A DNA stretch of 64,000 nt from an uncultured Acidimicrobiales bacterium. Lineage in GTDB: Bacteria > Actinomycetota > Acidimicrobiia > Acidimicrobiales > SHLQ01. This document shows positions 9,602 to 18,503 of the stretch, piece by piece. A model generated the notes under the pieces. That model was not told where the DNA came from and ran no database searches. It saw only the letters and a program-made list of their open reading frames with translations. Each line of letters opens with the position of its first letter. Position 1 is the first letter of the stretch. The translations under genes were made by a program, and so were the position numbers. The stretch spans positions 53 to 64,052 of the forward strand of contig CALJDK010000041.1 of assembly GCA_938023735.1 (NCBI GenBank), given 5' to 3'.

Positions 9602-10798
9602 ATGAATACGCCGGCTGCAGCCCTTTCGAGGGCGACAATGCTCCGCAAGCTAGGAGTCATCGCCTCGGCGTTCCTCCTCGTAATGACGGCGGCCTTGTTC
9701 ATCGACAGTGCACCAGCATCGGGCGATACGTCCGATGCACCGGGCGACACCGCACAAATCACTGGCGCAACAAAGGCAGTGAAGCCAGGAACCGCCAACC
9801 ACATGGCACTTATCACTGTCTTTAATGGGTCGAACCAACCCATTCTGGAATGCCACGGCGTCCTTATCAGTCCGACTTGGGTTCTGGGTAGCTCAGGCTG
9901 CGCCGATACTCCTACCGGCGAGCGCACCCTTGTGACTCTGGGCGCAACCAACGTGTCCAAGCCCGTCAAGTTTGACTTCGAAAACCGTGCCGCCGTGCAG
10001 GCCGTCAAGCATCCGAATGCCGACGATGCCGCCTGGGGTAGCTACGCCTACGAGATGGCGCTGTATAAACTCAACAAGGCGTCGACTCGTCGTCCCGCCA
10101 TCCTTGGCGCAAACAACCTCTCTGCGGCCGGAAAGAGCGGAAGCCTTCAAGGGTACGGACCCACCGTCACCCGCGGCAGCGATGGCGGAACGCTCCGACA
10201 GGGCAAGGTTTCGTTCGGCAGCCGAGCTCATGTTCTTGACATCTTCGGAAAAGTTGGGCTCAACCCGTCAGGCGCACCATTGGCCGACTTCATCCTCAGC
10301 ACCGGAGCCGAATCAAATCACGTGAAGTCCTGTGACGACCCTGGCGCCCCCATCATCACCAACCAAAAGGGCAAACCGGTACTCCTAGGCCTTGCGAGCC
10401 GTCAGTACATTTTCACCGCCAGCTTCGGTTCGCCTGTCTGTAACGACGCGGCAGGCGACTTTGTTCACTTCTACTTCAACGTCACCTCGCCGACGAACAG
10501 CAAGTGGATCAAGTCGGTTGTTGGAAAGACCGGTCCGGCCAAGGACGTCAAGTGCGCTGGCAAGCCAGCCACGATCTTTGGCACGAGCGGCGTCGATAAG
10601 ATCGTCGGCACCGCAGGCGCAGACGTCATCGTGGGCCTCAACGGTAACGACATTCTCAACGGCGCCGGCGGCAAGGATCGCCTTTGCGGAGGCTCTGGAG
10701 TCGATGCGCTCATCGGTGGAGCCGGCAAGGACATCTGCGACGGCGGCAAGCAGAAAGACCGCAAGCCACAGCAATGTGAGAAGAAGAAGAAGATCTAG
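9602..10798 (+). CDS. secreted trypsin-fold pseudoprotease with C-terminal RTX (GGxGxD) calcium-binding repeats
   Basis: Signal/anchor sequence, then an ITGA start of an S1 fold. WVLGSSGC replaces WVLTAAHC, YEMALYKL replaces NDIALLKL, and SCDDPGAP replaces CQGDSGGP. The tail reads GTAGADVIVGLNGNDILNGAGGKDRLCGGSGVDALIGGAGKD and ends in EKKKKI. Confidence 0.7.
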   Translation: MNTPAAALSRATMLRKLGVIASAFLLVMTAALFIDSAPASGDTSDAPGDTAQITGATKAVKPGTANHMALITVFNGSNQPILECHGVLISPTWVLGSSGCADTPTGERTLVTLGATNVSKPVKFDFENRAAVQAVKHPNADDAAWGSYAYEMALYKLNKASTRRPAILGANNLSAAGKSGSLQGYGPTVTRGSDGGTLRQGKVSFGSRAHVLDIFGKVGLNPSGAPLADFILSTGAESNHVKSCDDPGAPIITNQKGKPVLLGLASRQYIFTASFGSPVCNDAAGDFVHFYFNVTSPTNSKWIKSVVGKTGPAKDVKCAGKPATIFGTSGVDKIVGTAGADVIVGLNGNDILNGAGGKDRLCGGSGVDALIGGAGKDICDGGKQKDRKPQQCEKKKKI

Positions 10799-10833
10799 GC
10801 GACTCATCCCGAGTTTCTCGGGACGTCACCTCG

Positions 10834-10863
10834 AGGGCCCCGGCTTCGGTCGGGGCCCTTTAC
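10834..10863 (+). terminator. intrinsic terminator after the pseudoprotease gene
   Basis: 9-bp GC stem AGGGCCCCG / CGGGGCCCT with an 8-nt loop, followed by a T-containing tail (TTTACCGTTT). Confidence 0.6.
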
Positions 10864-10876
10864 CGTTTCCAACCTA

Positions 10877-10890
10877 ACTTGCATTTGCAA
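10877..10890. promoter_or_regulatory. inverted repeat CTTGCA-TT-TGCAAG upstream of the mod regulator
   Basis: Perfect 6-bp arms read from the sequence, 25 bp upstream of the likely regulator start. Its function is not established. Confidence 0.2.
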
Positions 10891-10914
10891 GGTATTTTGC
10901 TCAAAACTCTCCTA

Positions 10915-11313
10915 ATGCAAGAGTTTCGACTAGGAGAAGCGGCCACCCTATTGGGCGTTGGTGTGGATACCCTGCGCCGCTGGGCCGACGACGGGGCCTT
11001 ACGCACCACCCGAACAGCCGGTGGGCAACGTCGTATCGCCGGACATGAGTTAGCTCGATTCGCCGTGGCCCGAGCCGAGGAAGGCGCCGACGACTCCGGA
11101 GCCGAGTTGTCGGCCCGCAATCGCTTCGTTGGGTTGGTCACCCGAGTCACCACCGACACCGTCATGGCTCAAGTCGAGCTTCAGGCTGGCCCCAACCGGA
11201 TCGTGTCGCTCATCTCCAGCGAGGCCGTACGCGACCTCGGCCTTGAGGTAGGGGTGGTTGCCGTGGCTGCGGTGAAGGCCACCAATGTCATCATCGAGCG
11301 ACCCGACCGTTGA
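10915..11313 (+). CDS. HTH (excisionase/MerR-like) plus TOBE/Mop molybdate-responsive regulator (ModE-like)
   Basis: The N-terminus EAATLLGVGVDTLRRWADDGAL is a helix-turn-helix. The C-terminus SARNRFVGLVTRV...AQVELQAG...VKATNVII is a TOBE/Mop fold. It lies directly upstream of modABC. The longest ORF starts at 10879. Confidence 0.75.
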   Translation: MQEFRLGEAATLLGVGVDTLRRWADDGALRTTRTAGGQRRIAGHELARFAVARAEEGADDSGAELSARNRFVGLVTRVTTDTVMAQVELQAGPNRIVSLISSEAVRDLGLEVGVVAVAAVKATNVIIERPDR

Positions 11314-12119
11314 CGTGGCCGCGGCGGAGATCTCGCGCTATCCCCCTTCCTTCCTGGCTCGGCATTACCGTCGGTCTTGGTCTCGGCGCATTCTTGCTCG
11401 CTGGGTGCGGCGATCGCGCGCCGACGTTGCGCATCGACGCTGCCAGTTCACTGCAGCCGGCCTTCGAACAACTCATCGAAGAGTTCTCGAATGAGCCTGG
11501 CGCCAACCGAGGCGACCTGGTGATCGAGCTGAATGTTGCGGGCAGCGCCACACTGGCCACCGGAATCATCGAAGGCACCCAGCCCGACCTGTTTGCCTCG
11601 GCCGACCAGCTCACGATGGACCGAGTCGTGGCATCGAATCTGGTTCAGGGACCGCAGGTATTTACCCGAAACCACCTGGCGCTGGTTACGCCGTCTGATG
11701 ATCCGGCCGGGCTGGCCGACACCCTTGCGTCAGCCGGCCTGACCGCCCTCGGTCAGCGACTCGGCGAGGTGTCGATCGCGCAGTGTTCGCCCCAGGTTCC
11801 CTGTGGTCGCTTGGCCGAGAACGCCCAGCAGATGCTTAGTCTTCCGGTCGAACCCGCCACCGAGGAAACCAACGTGCGGTCGGTGTTGGCCAAGGTCGAG
11901 GCTGGCGAGGTCGACGCGGGATTCGTGTACCTCACCGATGCGCTGGCCAGCGATGTTCAGATCGTTGCCGTCGATGGTATTGAGACCTTTGTCAACGAGT
12001 ATCCCATCGCGGTGCTCGAGGCCTCTCAAAACCCGCAAGCAGCAATCGACTTCATCGATTTCGTTCTGTCTGCACGCGGCCAAGAACTTCTTGCCGAATG
12101 GGGGTTCCTTCCCCGATGA
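11310..12119 (+). CDS. modA: molybdate ABC transporter substrate-binding protein
   Basis: Lipoprotein-like N-terminus (LLAGCG) and ModA-like pattern (AASSL...F, GEVDAGFVY.TDA). It is the first gene of an overlapping three-gene ABC operon. Confidence 0.8.
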   Translation: MTWPRRRSRAIPLPSWLGITVGLGLGAFLLAGCGDRAPTLRIDAASSLQPAFEQLIEEFSNEPGANRGDLVIELNVAGSATLATGIIEGTQPDLFASADQLTMDRVVASNLVQGPQVFTRNHLALVTPSDDPAGLADTLASAGLTALGQRLGEVSIAQCSPQVPCGRLAENAQQMLSLPVEPATEETNVRSVLAKVEAGEVDAGFVYLTDALASDVQIVAVDGIETFVNEYPIAVLEASQNPQAAIDFIDFVLSARGQELLAEWGFLPR

Positions 12120-12910
12120 GCAGCAACGCGCCGATCACTAGCCCGCCCCGAATCGTCACCATCGGCGCCATCATTGCGCTCGCACTGCTCCTTCTTCCGC
12201 TGGTCGGGCTGCTCGAACGGGCGCCCTGGGGGCGAATGTGGACGTTACTCACCAGTCCGTCAGCGCTCACCGCCCTGCGTTTGTCGCTCATCGTCAGCGG
12301 TGCTGCTCTTGTGCTCGTCACACTGTTCGGGTTTCCCTTGGCCTGGCTCCTTGCCCGCGGAGACATCCGGGGCCAGCGGTTGGTTCGAGCGCTTGTGCTG
12401 CTGCCCATGGTGCTGCCTCCGGTCGTTGGCGGCACCGCGCTGTTGTTTGCCCTTGGTCGACGTGGCTTTGTCGGCGCAGCGCTCGACCGGTGGTTCGGCA
12501 TCACGCTGCTCGGTACAACTGCAGCTGCGGTATTGGCGGCCACCTTCGTTGCGCTCCCCTTCTTTGTCACCACGGTCGAAGCGGCGCTGCGAGAGGCCGA
12601 TGCCGACATCGAAGAGGCCGCTTCCACGCTGGGCGCATCGCCCGCCTTCATCATGCGCCACATCACCCTTCCCCAGGTAAAGGGTTCGATGGTGGCCGGC
12701 CTGGCATTGGCCTGGGCCCGAGCGCTCGGCGAATTCGGAGCCACCATCACCTTCGCCGGCAACCGGGCCGGAACAACCCGAACCCTCCCGCTCGAGATCT
12801 TCCTGGCACTCGAAAGCGACCCCGACGCAGCGATTGCCCTAAGTCTGGTTCTGATCGCGGTGTCGTTGGGTGTGCTGCTCATCACCCGTAACCGGTGGTT
12901 ACCACGATGA
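12116..12910 (+). CDS. modB: molybdate ABC transporter permease
   Basis: Six-TM permease with an EAA-type loop (EEAASTLGASP...ITLP). ATGA overlap with modA. The longest ORF starts at 12098. Confidence 0.85.
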   Translation: MSSNAPITSPPRIVTIGAIIALALLLLPLVGLLERAPWGRMWTLLTSPSALTALRLSLIVSGAALVLVTLFGFPLAWLLARGDIRGQRLVRALVLLPMVLPPVVGGTALLFALGRRGFVGAALDRWFGITLLGTTAAAVLAATFVALPFFVTTVEAALREADADIEEAASTLGASPAFIMRHITLPQVKGSMVAGLALAWARALGEFGATITFAGNRAGTTRTLPLEIFLALESDPDAAIALSLVLIAVSLGVLLITRNRWLPR

Positions 12911-14001
12911 GCCTCGAACTCTCCGGGTTGTGCACGGTAGGCGCTACTGCCAGCGATACTGCCGACCCGTTCACCCTCGATATCAACCTCACAGCGAACG
13001 CTGGCGAGCGGGCAACGCTCATTGGGCCAAACGGGTCGGGCAAGAGCAGCGTGCTGCGGCTCATTGCTGGCCTCGAAGCACTACGGAGGGGCGAACTCAC
13101 CGTCGCTGGCCGTGCCTATGATTCGACGGGACCGGGTGAGCCGTCGAAGCGGTTCTTCCTTCCCCCAAGAGAACGGTCGGTGAGCCTGGTTTTCCAAGAC
13201 CACCGCCTGTTCGACCATCTCTCCGTCGAACAAAACGTGGCCTTCGGTCTCGAAGCGCGCGGCACCACCCGAGCCGAGATCAAGCGTGTTACCACTCACC
13301 TCCTCGACGCGTTTGATCTTGGCGCCCTATCCGGTCGGAACCCCACGAGCCTGTCGGGAGGCCAACGAGCACGCGTTGCCCTGGCCCGAGCCCTAGCCCC
13401 CTCGCCGGCGATTCTGCTGCTCGACGAACCCTTTGCTGCGGTCGACGTGGAAACCCGAGCACATCTACAACAGGCGCTCATCGACAACACCCCACCCGAA
13501 ACAGCCACGGTGATGGTGACCCACGATCCCATCGAAGCCCGGGTTCTGAGTCATCAACTGGTGGTGCTTGATGACGGCAACGTGACCCAGCACGGCACGC
13601 CCGACCAAGTGGCGTCGTCTCCCACCACATCGTTTGCCGCCGATCTGTTAGGCACAAACCTCATCGCCGGATCGGCCCACGGCACCGAAGTCACGTTGGC
13701 TACTGGCGCCAAGCTCATCACCGCAACATCGGCCAGTGGTCCGGTGCATCTCACCTTCTCGCCGAGCGCCATCACGCTGCATCAGACCAAGCCGCAGGGA
13801 AGTGCCCGAAACGTTTGGCCCGCCGAAATCGCTGACTTCACAGATCTGGGTGGGCGGGTGCGCGTGGCGCTTCGGGGACCGGTGGAGTCTGCGGCGATGG
13901 TGACCCCGGGCGCCGTCGCCGACCTTGGCCTCACCCGTGGTACCAACTGCTGGGCATCGCTGAAGGCCACCGAAATCACCGTGGTTGCGCAGCAGCGCTA
14001 G
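12907..14001 (+). CDS. modC: molybdate ABC transporter ATP-binding protein with C-terminal TOBE domain
   Basis: Walker A GPNGSGKSS, signature LSGGQRARVALARAL, Walker B LLLDEPFAAVD and a C-terminal TOBE-like region. ATGA overlap with modB. Confidence 0.85.
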   Translation: MSLELSGLCTVGATASDTADPFTLDINLTANAGERATLIGPNGSGKSSVLRLIAGLEALRRGELTVAGRAYDSTGPGEPSKRFFLPPRERSVSLVFQDHRLFDHLSVEQNVAFGLEARGTTRAEIKRVTTHLLDAFDLGALSGRNPTSLSGGQRARVALARALAPSPAILLLDEPFAAVDVETRAHLQQALIDNTPPETATVMVTHDPIEARVLSHQLVVLDDGNVTQHGTPDQVASSPTTSFAADLLGTNLIAGSAHGTEVTLATGAKLITATSASGPVHLTFSPSAITLHQTKPQGSARNVWPAEIADFTDLGGRVRVALRGPVESAAMVTPGAVADLGLTRGTNCWASLKATEITVVAQQR

Positions 14002-14025
14002 CTCGCTTGCAACGGGCCTCGCTGG

Positions 14026-16161
14026 CTAGTGGGTAAGCGCCTCTCGGAGGAACTCGACCTGCAACAGCAGGAGGTTCTCGGCGACCTCTTCCTGCGGCGT
14101 CATATGAGTGACACCCGAAAGCGGTAGCACCTGATGGCTTCGCCCCGACTCGAGCAACGCTCGGGATAACTGCAGGGTATGAGCCGCCACCACATTGTCG
14201 TCGGCCAGACCATGGATGAGTAGGAGCGGCTTGGTGAGCTTCGGGGCCAGCGGCAGCAGCGAGCTGATGTCGTATGCCTCGGCGCTGGTGGTGGGATGCC
14301 CGAGATAACGCTCGGTGTAGTGCGTGTCGTACAGCCGCCACTCGGTCACCGGCGCCCCGGCAACGGCCGCATGAAAGACATCGGGCCGCTTCAGCACCGC
14401 CAGAGCCGCCAGGTACCCGCCAAAGGACCACCCACGGATCGCGACTCGACTCAGGTCGAGCTGCGGGTACTCGTCGGCAACCGCATGAAGCACGGCCACC
14501 TGATCGTCGAGTACCGGGTCGGCGAGGTTGCCGTACACCTCGCGCTCCCACGCAGGACCTCGGCCCGGGGTGCCCCGACCATCGGCAACGATGACGGCAA
14601 ACCCCTGATCGGCAAACCATTGCGACGCATACATGGCCGACTGCGCCTTCTGCACACGCAGCGCGTGCGGGCCTCCATAGGGGTCGAGCAGCACGGGAAG
14701 CGAACCCGGCTCGTGCTGACCCTCGGGAAGAAGCACCGCCGTGTTGATTGCCCGGTCGGTGAGCTGATGGAACGACACAACCGGCTGAAGCACCGGCGTC
14801 TCGCGATGAGACTCGATAACGATGGCCTCGTCACCAGTAGAGGGCTGAAAGGTTGCCGTGGAGCCCGGCTGACTCATGGTTGCCGAGATGATGACCGACC
14901 CGCCGCGTCCTATCACCCCGCTATGTACGCCCGGCTCATCGGTGAGCGCCGTAACCGCGCCGTCGAAACCAATGCGGAAGAGCTGAATCTCGGTTGCGTC
15001 GTAGCCACCGGCCACCACCACATCGTCAGCGGTAGCGCCCAGTACTCGGCGCACCTGAAGACCCGCTGGGCCAAACGGCTCGCCATCGAGCGCAAGCGTC
15101 ACGGTATCGGTGGTGTCGCTAGTGGCGGAAGTGGTGGTCATCGTGAGCAGCTTGTCGTCCGCCCAGCGTGGAACGCCGCTCATCAGCTCGACCCAGACCT
15201 CGTCGCTTTGTCGGTGAAGTTCGGTGGTGTTGCCTGTGGCCGGGTCTACCTCGAGCACTGCCAATGTTTGCTGATCGCGCGACTGCACCACGAGCCACGG
15301 ATTCTCGCGTGAGCCCCAAGCTGCCGACGCCAGGTATTCCCATTGGGCTTCGCCCGAGAAGTTCGCCGGGCCACCGGATCGCCAGTCGACATCGACGCGG
15401 TTCCCGTCGAGGCCGATGATGGCAAGGTCGACGATGGCATTGTCGGTGCCTGCCTGTGGGTACCGAATCGACCGAGGTTCGGCAGCTGGATCTACCGGCG
15501 CAGCGATATGCCACTCGTTGATTGGATTGGCATCGACTCGGGCCACCAGAAGCCGCTGCGCATCGGAACACCACCAGTAGCCATGACCTCGGCCCATCTC
15601 TTCGGCGGCCACAAACTCGGCCGAGCCCCACGAAATCAGACTTGCCGGGTCGGGCTCGTCGGATCCGTCGTCGCTTATGACCAGTCGGTCGCCATCGGGC
15701 CCCGATACCCGAAGGGTCGCCCCCGACACGTACGCCACGTTGTGGCCGTTCGCGTCGAACTGGGGGTCGAACGCGTTTCCGGGTGTTTCGAGCTGCACGG
15801 CTTCGCCGGTGCCGATGTCGGCAACGTAGAGCCGGCCCGCCAACACAAAGCAGGCCTTCGATGCATCGGCGGTCGCCTGATAGCTGACGATGCCCCCACC
15901 GGCTTCGCGGGCTCGTTCACGACGCGCCTTCTCGGCATCGGTAAGCTGGTCCTCGGCATCGCCGAGAAGACGGGCGTCGACCACCAGTCGTTCGGCGCCG
16001 GACTCGGTATCGAGCGCCCATAACGAGTTGACGCCATCGTCGCCCGACGTCGACCGAAGAAACAGCACCACCGAGCCGTCGGTGGCGATCGAGAAGTTGC
16101 GAGGGGCACCGCAGGTAAAGCGTCGGGTTCGGGCATTTTGGCGCGGAAAGGTGTCGGTCAC
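14026..16161 (-). CDS. S9-family dipeptidyl aminopeptidase / prolyl oligopeptidase
   Basis: 711 aa with an N-terminal beta-propeller-like region. The C-terminal alpha/beta hydrolase carries the nucleophile elbow GWSFGGY and downstream Asp/His regions (HGLADDNV, GVTH). Confidence 0.85.
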   Translation of the reverse strand: MTDTFPRQNARTRRFTCGAPRNFSIATDGSVVLFLRSTSGDDGVNSLWALDTESGAERLVVDARLLGDAEDQLTDAEKARRERAREAGGGIVSYQATADASKACFVLAGRLYVADIGTGEAVQLETPGNAFDPQFDANGHNVAYVSGATLRVSGPDGDRLVISDDGSDEPDPASLISWGSAEFVAAEEMGRGHGYWWCSDAQRLLVARVDANPINEWHIAAPVDPAAEPRSIRYPQAGTDNAIVDLAIIGLDGNRVDVDWRSGGPANFSGEAQWEYLASAAWGSRENPWLVVQSRDQQTLAVLEVDPATGNTTELHRQSDEVWVELMSGVPRWADDKLLTMTTTSATSDTTDTVTLALDGEPFGPAGLQVRRVLGATADDVVVAGGYDATEIQLFRIGFDGAVTALTDEPGVHSGVIGRGGSVIISATMSQPGSTATFQPSTGDEAIVIESHRETPVLQPVVSFHQLTDRAINTAVLLPEGQHEPGSLPVLLDPYGGPHALRVQKAQSAMYASQWFADQGFAVIVADGRGTPGRGPAWEREVYGNLADPVLDDQVAVLHAVADEYPQLDLSRVAIRGWSFGGYLAALAVLKRPDVFHAAVAGAPVTEWRLYDTHYTERYLGHPTTSAEAYDISSLLPLAPKLTKPLLLIHGLADDNVVAAHTLQLSRALLESGRSHQVLPLSGVTHMTPQEEVAENLLLLQVEFLREALTH

Positions 16162-16224
16162 GGCCCGACACTACTGGCTGCAGATTCCCCGGCGCGAGTA
16201 GTGATCGACGGTTTGGTGAGTGCA

Positions 16225-16704
16225 ATGATGGGCGGCGTGAGCGATCAAAGTGCACTCGATGAAGAAACGCTGATTTCCTTGGAGCTGTTCAACCAGCACC
16301 TGAAGGCCACCGCCCAGGAGAACAAGGCAGCAAAGGCAATCGCCAAGGCCGAACGAGCCAAGAAGGATGCCGCTGCTGCTGTGTCAAAGCTCAACAGTGA
16401 CTCGAATGCCTCTGCCGAGGATAAGGCCGCCGCCGAGACCGCCTACCGCGACGCCGTGGCCGCGCTGGCCGCCGTCAAGGCCGACCCGCTGGCCGCTCCA
16501 CCAAAGGCCTCCAAGGATGAGGCCGACAAAGATGAGGCCGCAGACCAAGACGAAGAGGCCGAACAAGCTGAAGAAGCCGAAGAGGCCAAAGAAGAAGCCA
16601 CCGCCGAGGCTGGTGCTGCTGCGGCCGCTGACGATCACGCCGAAGATGCCCCGGCCGAGGAAGCTGCTGAGGCTGCCGAGTCGGCTGAGACCGAGCAGGA
16701 ATAG
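16225..16704 (+). CDS. hypothetical Ala/Glu/Lys-rich acidic protein
   Basis: The ORF has a low-complexity acidic tail (EEAEQAEEAEEAKEEATAEA...). Starting at Met 16225/16228 avoids overlap with the divergent peptidase gene. No recognisable domain. Confidence 0.45.
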   Translation: MMGGVSDQSALDEETLISLELFNQHLKATAQENKAAKAIAKAERAKKDAAAAVSKLNSDSNASAEDKAAAETAYRDAVAALAAVKADPLAAPPKASKDEADKDEAADQDEEAEQAEEAEEAKEEATAEAGAAAAADDHAEDAPAEEAAEAAESAETEQE

Positions 16705-16738
16705 CTCTCCAAATCGCACTGTTTCAGAAGCACTGCTA

Positions 16739-16792
16739 CAAAAAAGCGTATGGCACCGATTCGGCGGGAGAATCGGTGCCATAGCGTTTTTT
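16739..16792. terminator. bidirectional intrinsic terminator between convergent genes
   Basis: 14-bp perfect stem TATGGCACCGATTC / GAATCGGTGCCATA with a 7-nt loop. It is flanked by an A6 tract on the 5' side and a T6 tract on the 3' side. Confidence 0.65.
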
Positions 16793-16950
16793 GGGGGGAA
16801 TTCCCGGAGATGCAGGTGAGGGAACCTCGAAAAGTGGGGGGAACTTTGCGAACTACTTCCGGGAGTACGAACCACCGATGGCTGAATTTCTCTTCAGCGC
16901 CGAGCGCCTCGTACATGTTGTAGACGCTTAGCAAGGCAGGAAAGTCGCGA

Positions 16951-17544
16951 CTATTCAGCGGAGACGGTCGAAGACCCCAATATGGGCACCAAGGGGTCGG
17001 TTCGCACGGCCTCGGGCCATCCCTCGAGGGCCACGGGCGTAATGTTGTCGACCAACAAAAGGCATCGCTCAGCGAGCGACCGCAAACCGGTTGGAGAACC
17101 CGGGAGCTCGCTAACGAGCACGAAACGATCCTCGATGGCCACCTGACCGCCGGGCGGAAGTTGCCGCAACAACTCGGTCATCGAGTCATGCATCACCAAC
17201 GTGGTGAATGACTCATCTGCCCCCGACACCAGAAGCTCCGAGGCTTCTCGCAACGGCCTACTCACGACAAGCTCGGGAACGACGCGGTCGAGTACGGCGA
17301 CTGCGCAGTTGGCCACCTGTTGATCCGTGGCGCTGAGCCGAGCGGTTCGGCCCCAAAGTTCAAACGCCCGCACGGGCCATCGGGTCGGCAATGGTTTCGG
17401 TTCGGCTTGTTCTGCCGGCACGGTGTTCACCCCAACGAGGTTCCGAGCCGACGCATTGAAGTACCGCAGCGTTCGAAACGGTAGGCGGCCGGGCAGCGTG
17501 TCGTCACGCGGGAAAAAGTGCACCTGTTCGAAAGTTCTCACCAC
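16951..17544 (-). CDS. hypothetical protein
   Basis: 197-aa ORF with coding-like composition and no domain I recognise. It is divergent from the sigma-like gene. Confidence 0.4.
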   Translation of the reverse strand: MVRTFEQVHFFPRDDTLPGRLPFRTLRYFNASARNLVGVNTVPAEQAEPKPLPTRWPVRAFELWGRTARLSATDQQVANCAVAVLDRVVPELVVSRPLREASELLVSGADESFTTLVMHDSMTELLRQLPPGGQVAIEDRFVLVSELPGSPTGLRSLAERCLLLVDNITPVALEGWPEAVRTDPLVPILGSSTVSAE

Positions 17545-17630
17545 CCGTGTTTCGGCCTCCGAAAGTAAAACTGAAGCAGTGCCCCGAGAACTAGTAAAGA
17601 CTCCCCCACCAGTGCGCCGATACCAGCTTC

Positions 17631-18503
17631 ATGAATTCTTCTCTTGCGTCAGAAGGCGAATGGTCGGTGCTCGTTGGAGCATCGAACGAAGCTGACCTCA
17701 TCGCCAAAAGCCGCGACGGCGACCACACCGCCTATGTCTCGCTTCTCCAGCTCCACGACGCGCACCTTCGCCGATTCGTCTTTAACAGCTTCGGATCGAC
17801 CGAGATGATGGACAACATTCTCGAAGAGGTCTACCTGGACGCGCTCGGACCACTGCGATCCGAGATTGACGAACCGCCCTTTGGTACCTGGCTCTTCGGC
17901 CGAGTGTTCGGTATCTGCGAAGCTGCACGAGCCGACCTTTCCGACAAGCACTCCCCCGACGAAGACGATTCGGACGTTGCCGTCGCGCTACTCGAGATGC
18001 CACTCGATGACGTTGCGGCAATCTCGATGGTTGCCGGCGAGATGGTCGACGAGGACACTGCAGCAGCGATGCTCAGAACCGATCCCAAGCCATTTGCGCG
18101 AATGGTTGCCGACGCCCGGGAACTCCTCGAACCGCTCGTCAACGACGACAACGCTTACCCCGACGAACTCATCGCCAGCTATCGACCTGCCCGACATGGG
18201 CAAGATTTCTGGGTATCGGTGAACCGATCCTTTGGCCCCGCACCGACCCCTCTCATCAGCGGCAAAGGGAAAAAGAAGGCCGCGAAAGCAGCCAGCAAGA
18301 ACGACGAGGCAACCGACGACAAGGCCTCGGCAACCGGACGCCGGTGGTTGCCCAGAATGTCAGGATTGGTGGCGCTGCTAGCCGCCGTCGTTGTGGCCAT
18401 CATCGCCCTTACTGCGATGTTCGGCGGAAGCAACAAGGACTCCAACGAAGATGAGGGAACGGCCCCAGCACCGATGGTTCTGGTGCTGAGCCAGACCAGC
18501 TAG
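17631..18503 (+). CDS. ECF-type sigma-70-like protein with C-terminal transmembrane extension
   Basis: Region-2-like segment (DLIAKSRDGDHTAY...LRRFVFNSFGS...DNILEEVYLDAL...FGTWLFGRVF). Region-4-like segment (VALLEMPLDDVAAISMVAGEMVDEDTAAAML...). These are followed by a Lys-rich linker and one TM helix (LVALLAAVVVAIIALTAMF). Confidence 0.6.
   Translation: MNSSLASEGEWSVLVGASNEADLIAKSRDGDHTAYVSLLQLHDAHLRRFVFNSFGSTEMMDNILEEVYLDALGPLRSEIDEPPFGTWLFGRVFGICEAARADLSDKHSPDEDDSDVAVALLEMPLDDVAAISMVAGEMVDEDTAAAMLRTDPKPFARMVADARELLEPLVNDDNAYPDELIASYRPARHGQDFWVSVNRSFGPAPTPLISGKGKKKAAKAASKNDEATDDKASATGRRWLPRMSGLVALLAAVVVAIIALTAMFGGSNKDSNEDEGTAPAPMVLVLSQTS

Noticed and set aside
9277-10008. 243-aa minus-strand ORF spanning the 9449-9601 spacer
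   Set aside because: It overlaps the ends of two supported plus-strand genes and has no recognisable features.
12052-12885. 277-aa minus-strand ORF and several plus-strand alternative-frame ORFs over modB
   Set aside because: The modB frame has the permease TM pattern and EAA loop. The other ORFs are Ser/Arg/Ala-rich shadows.
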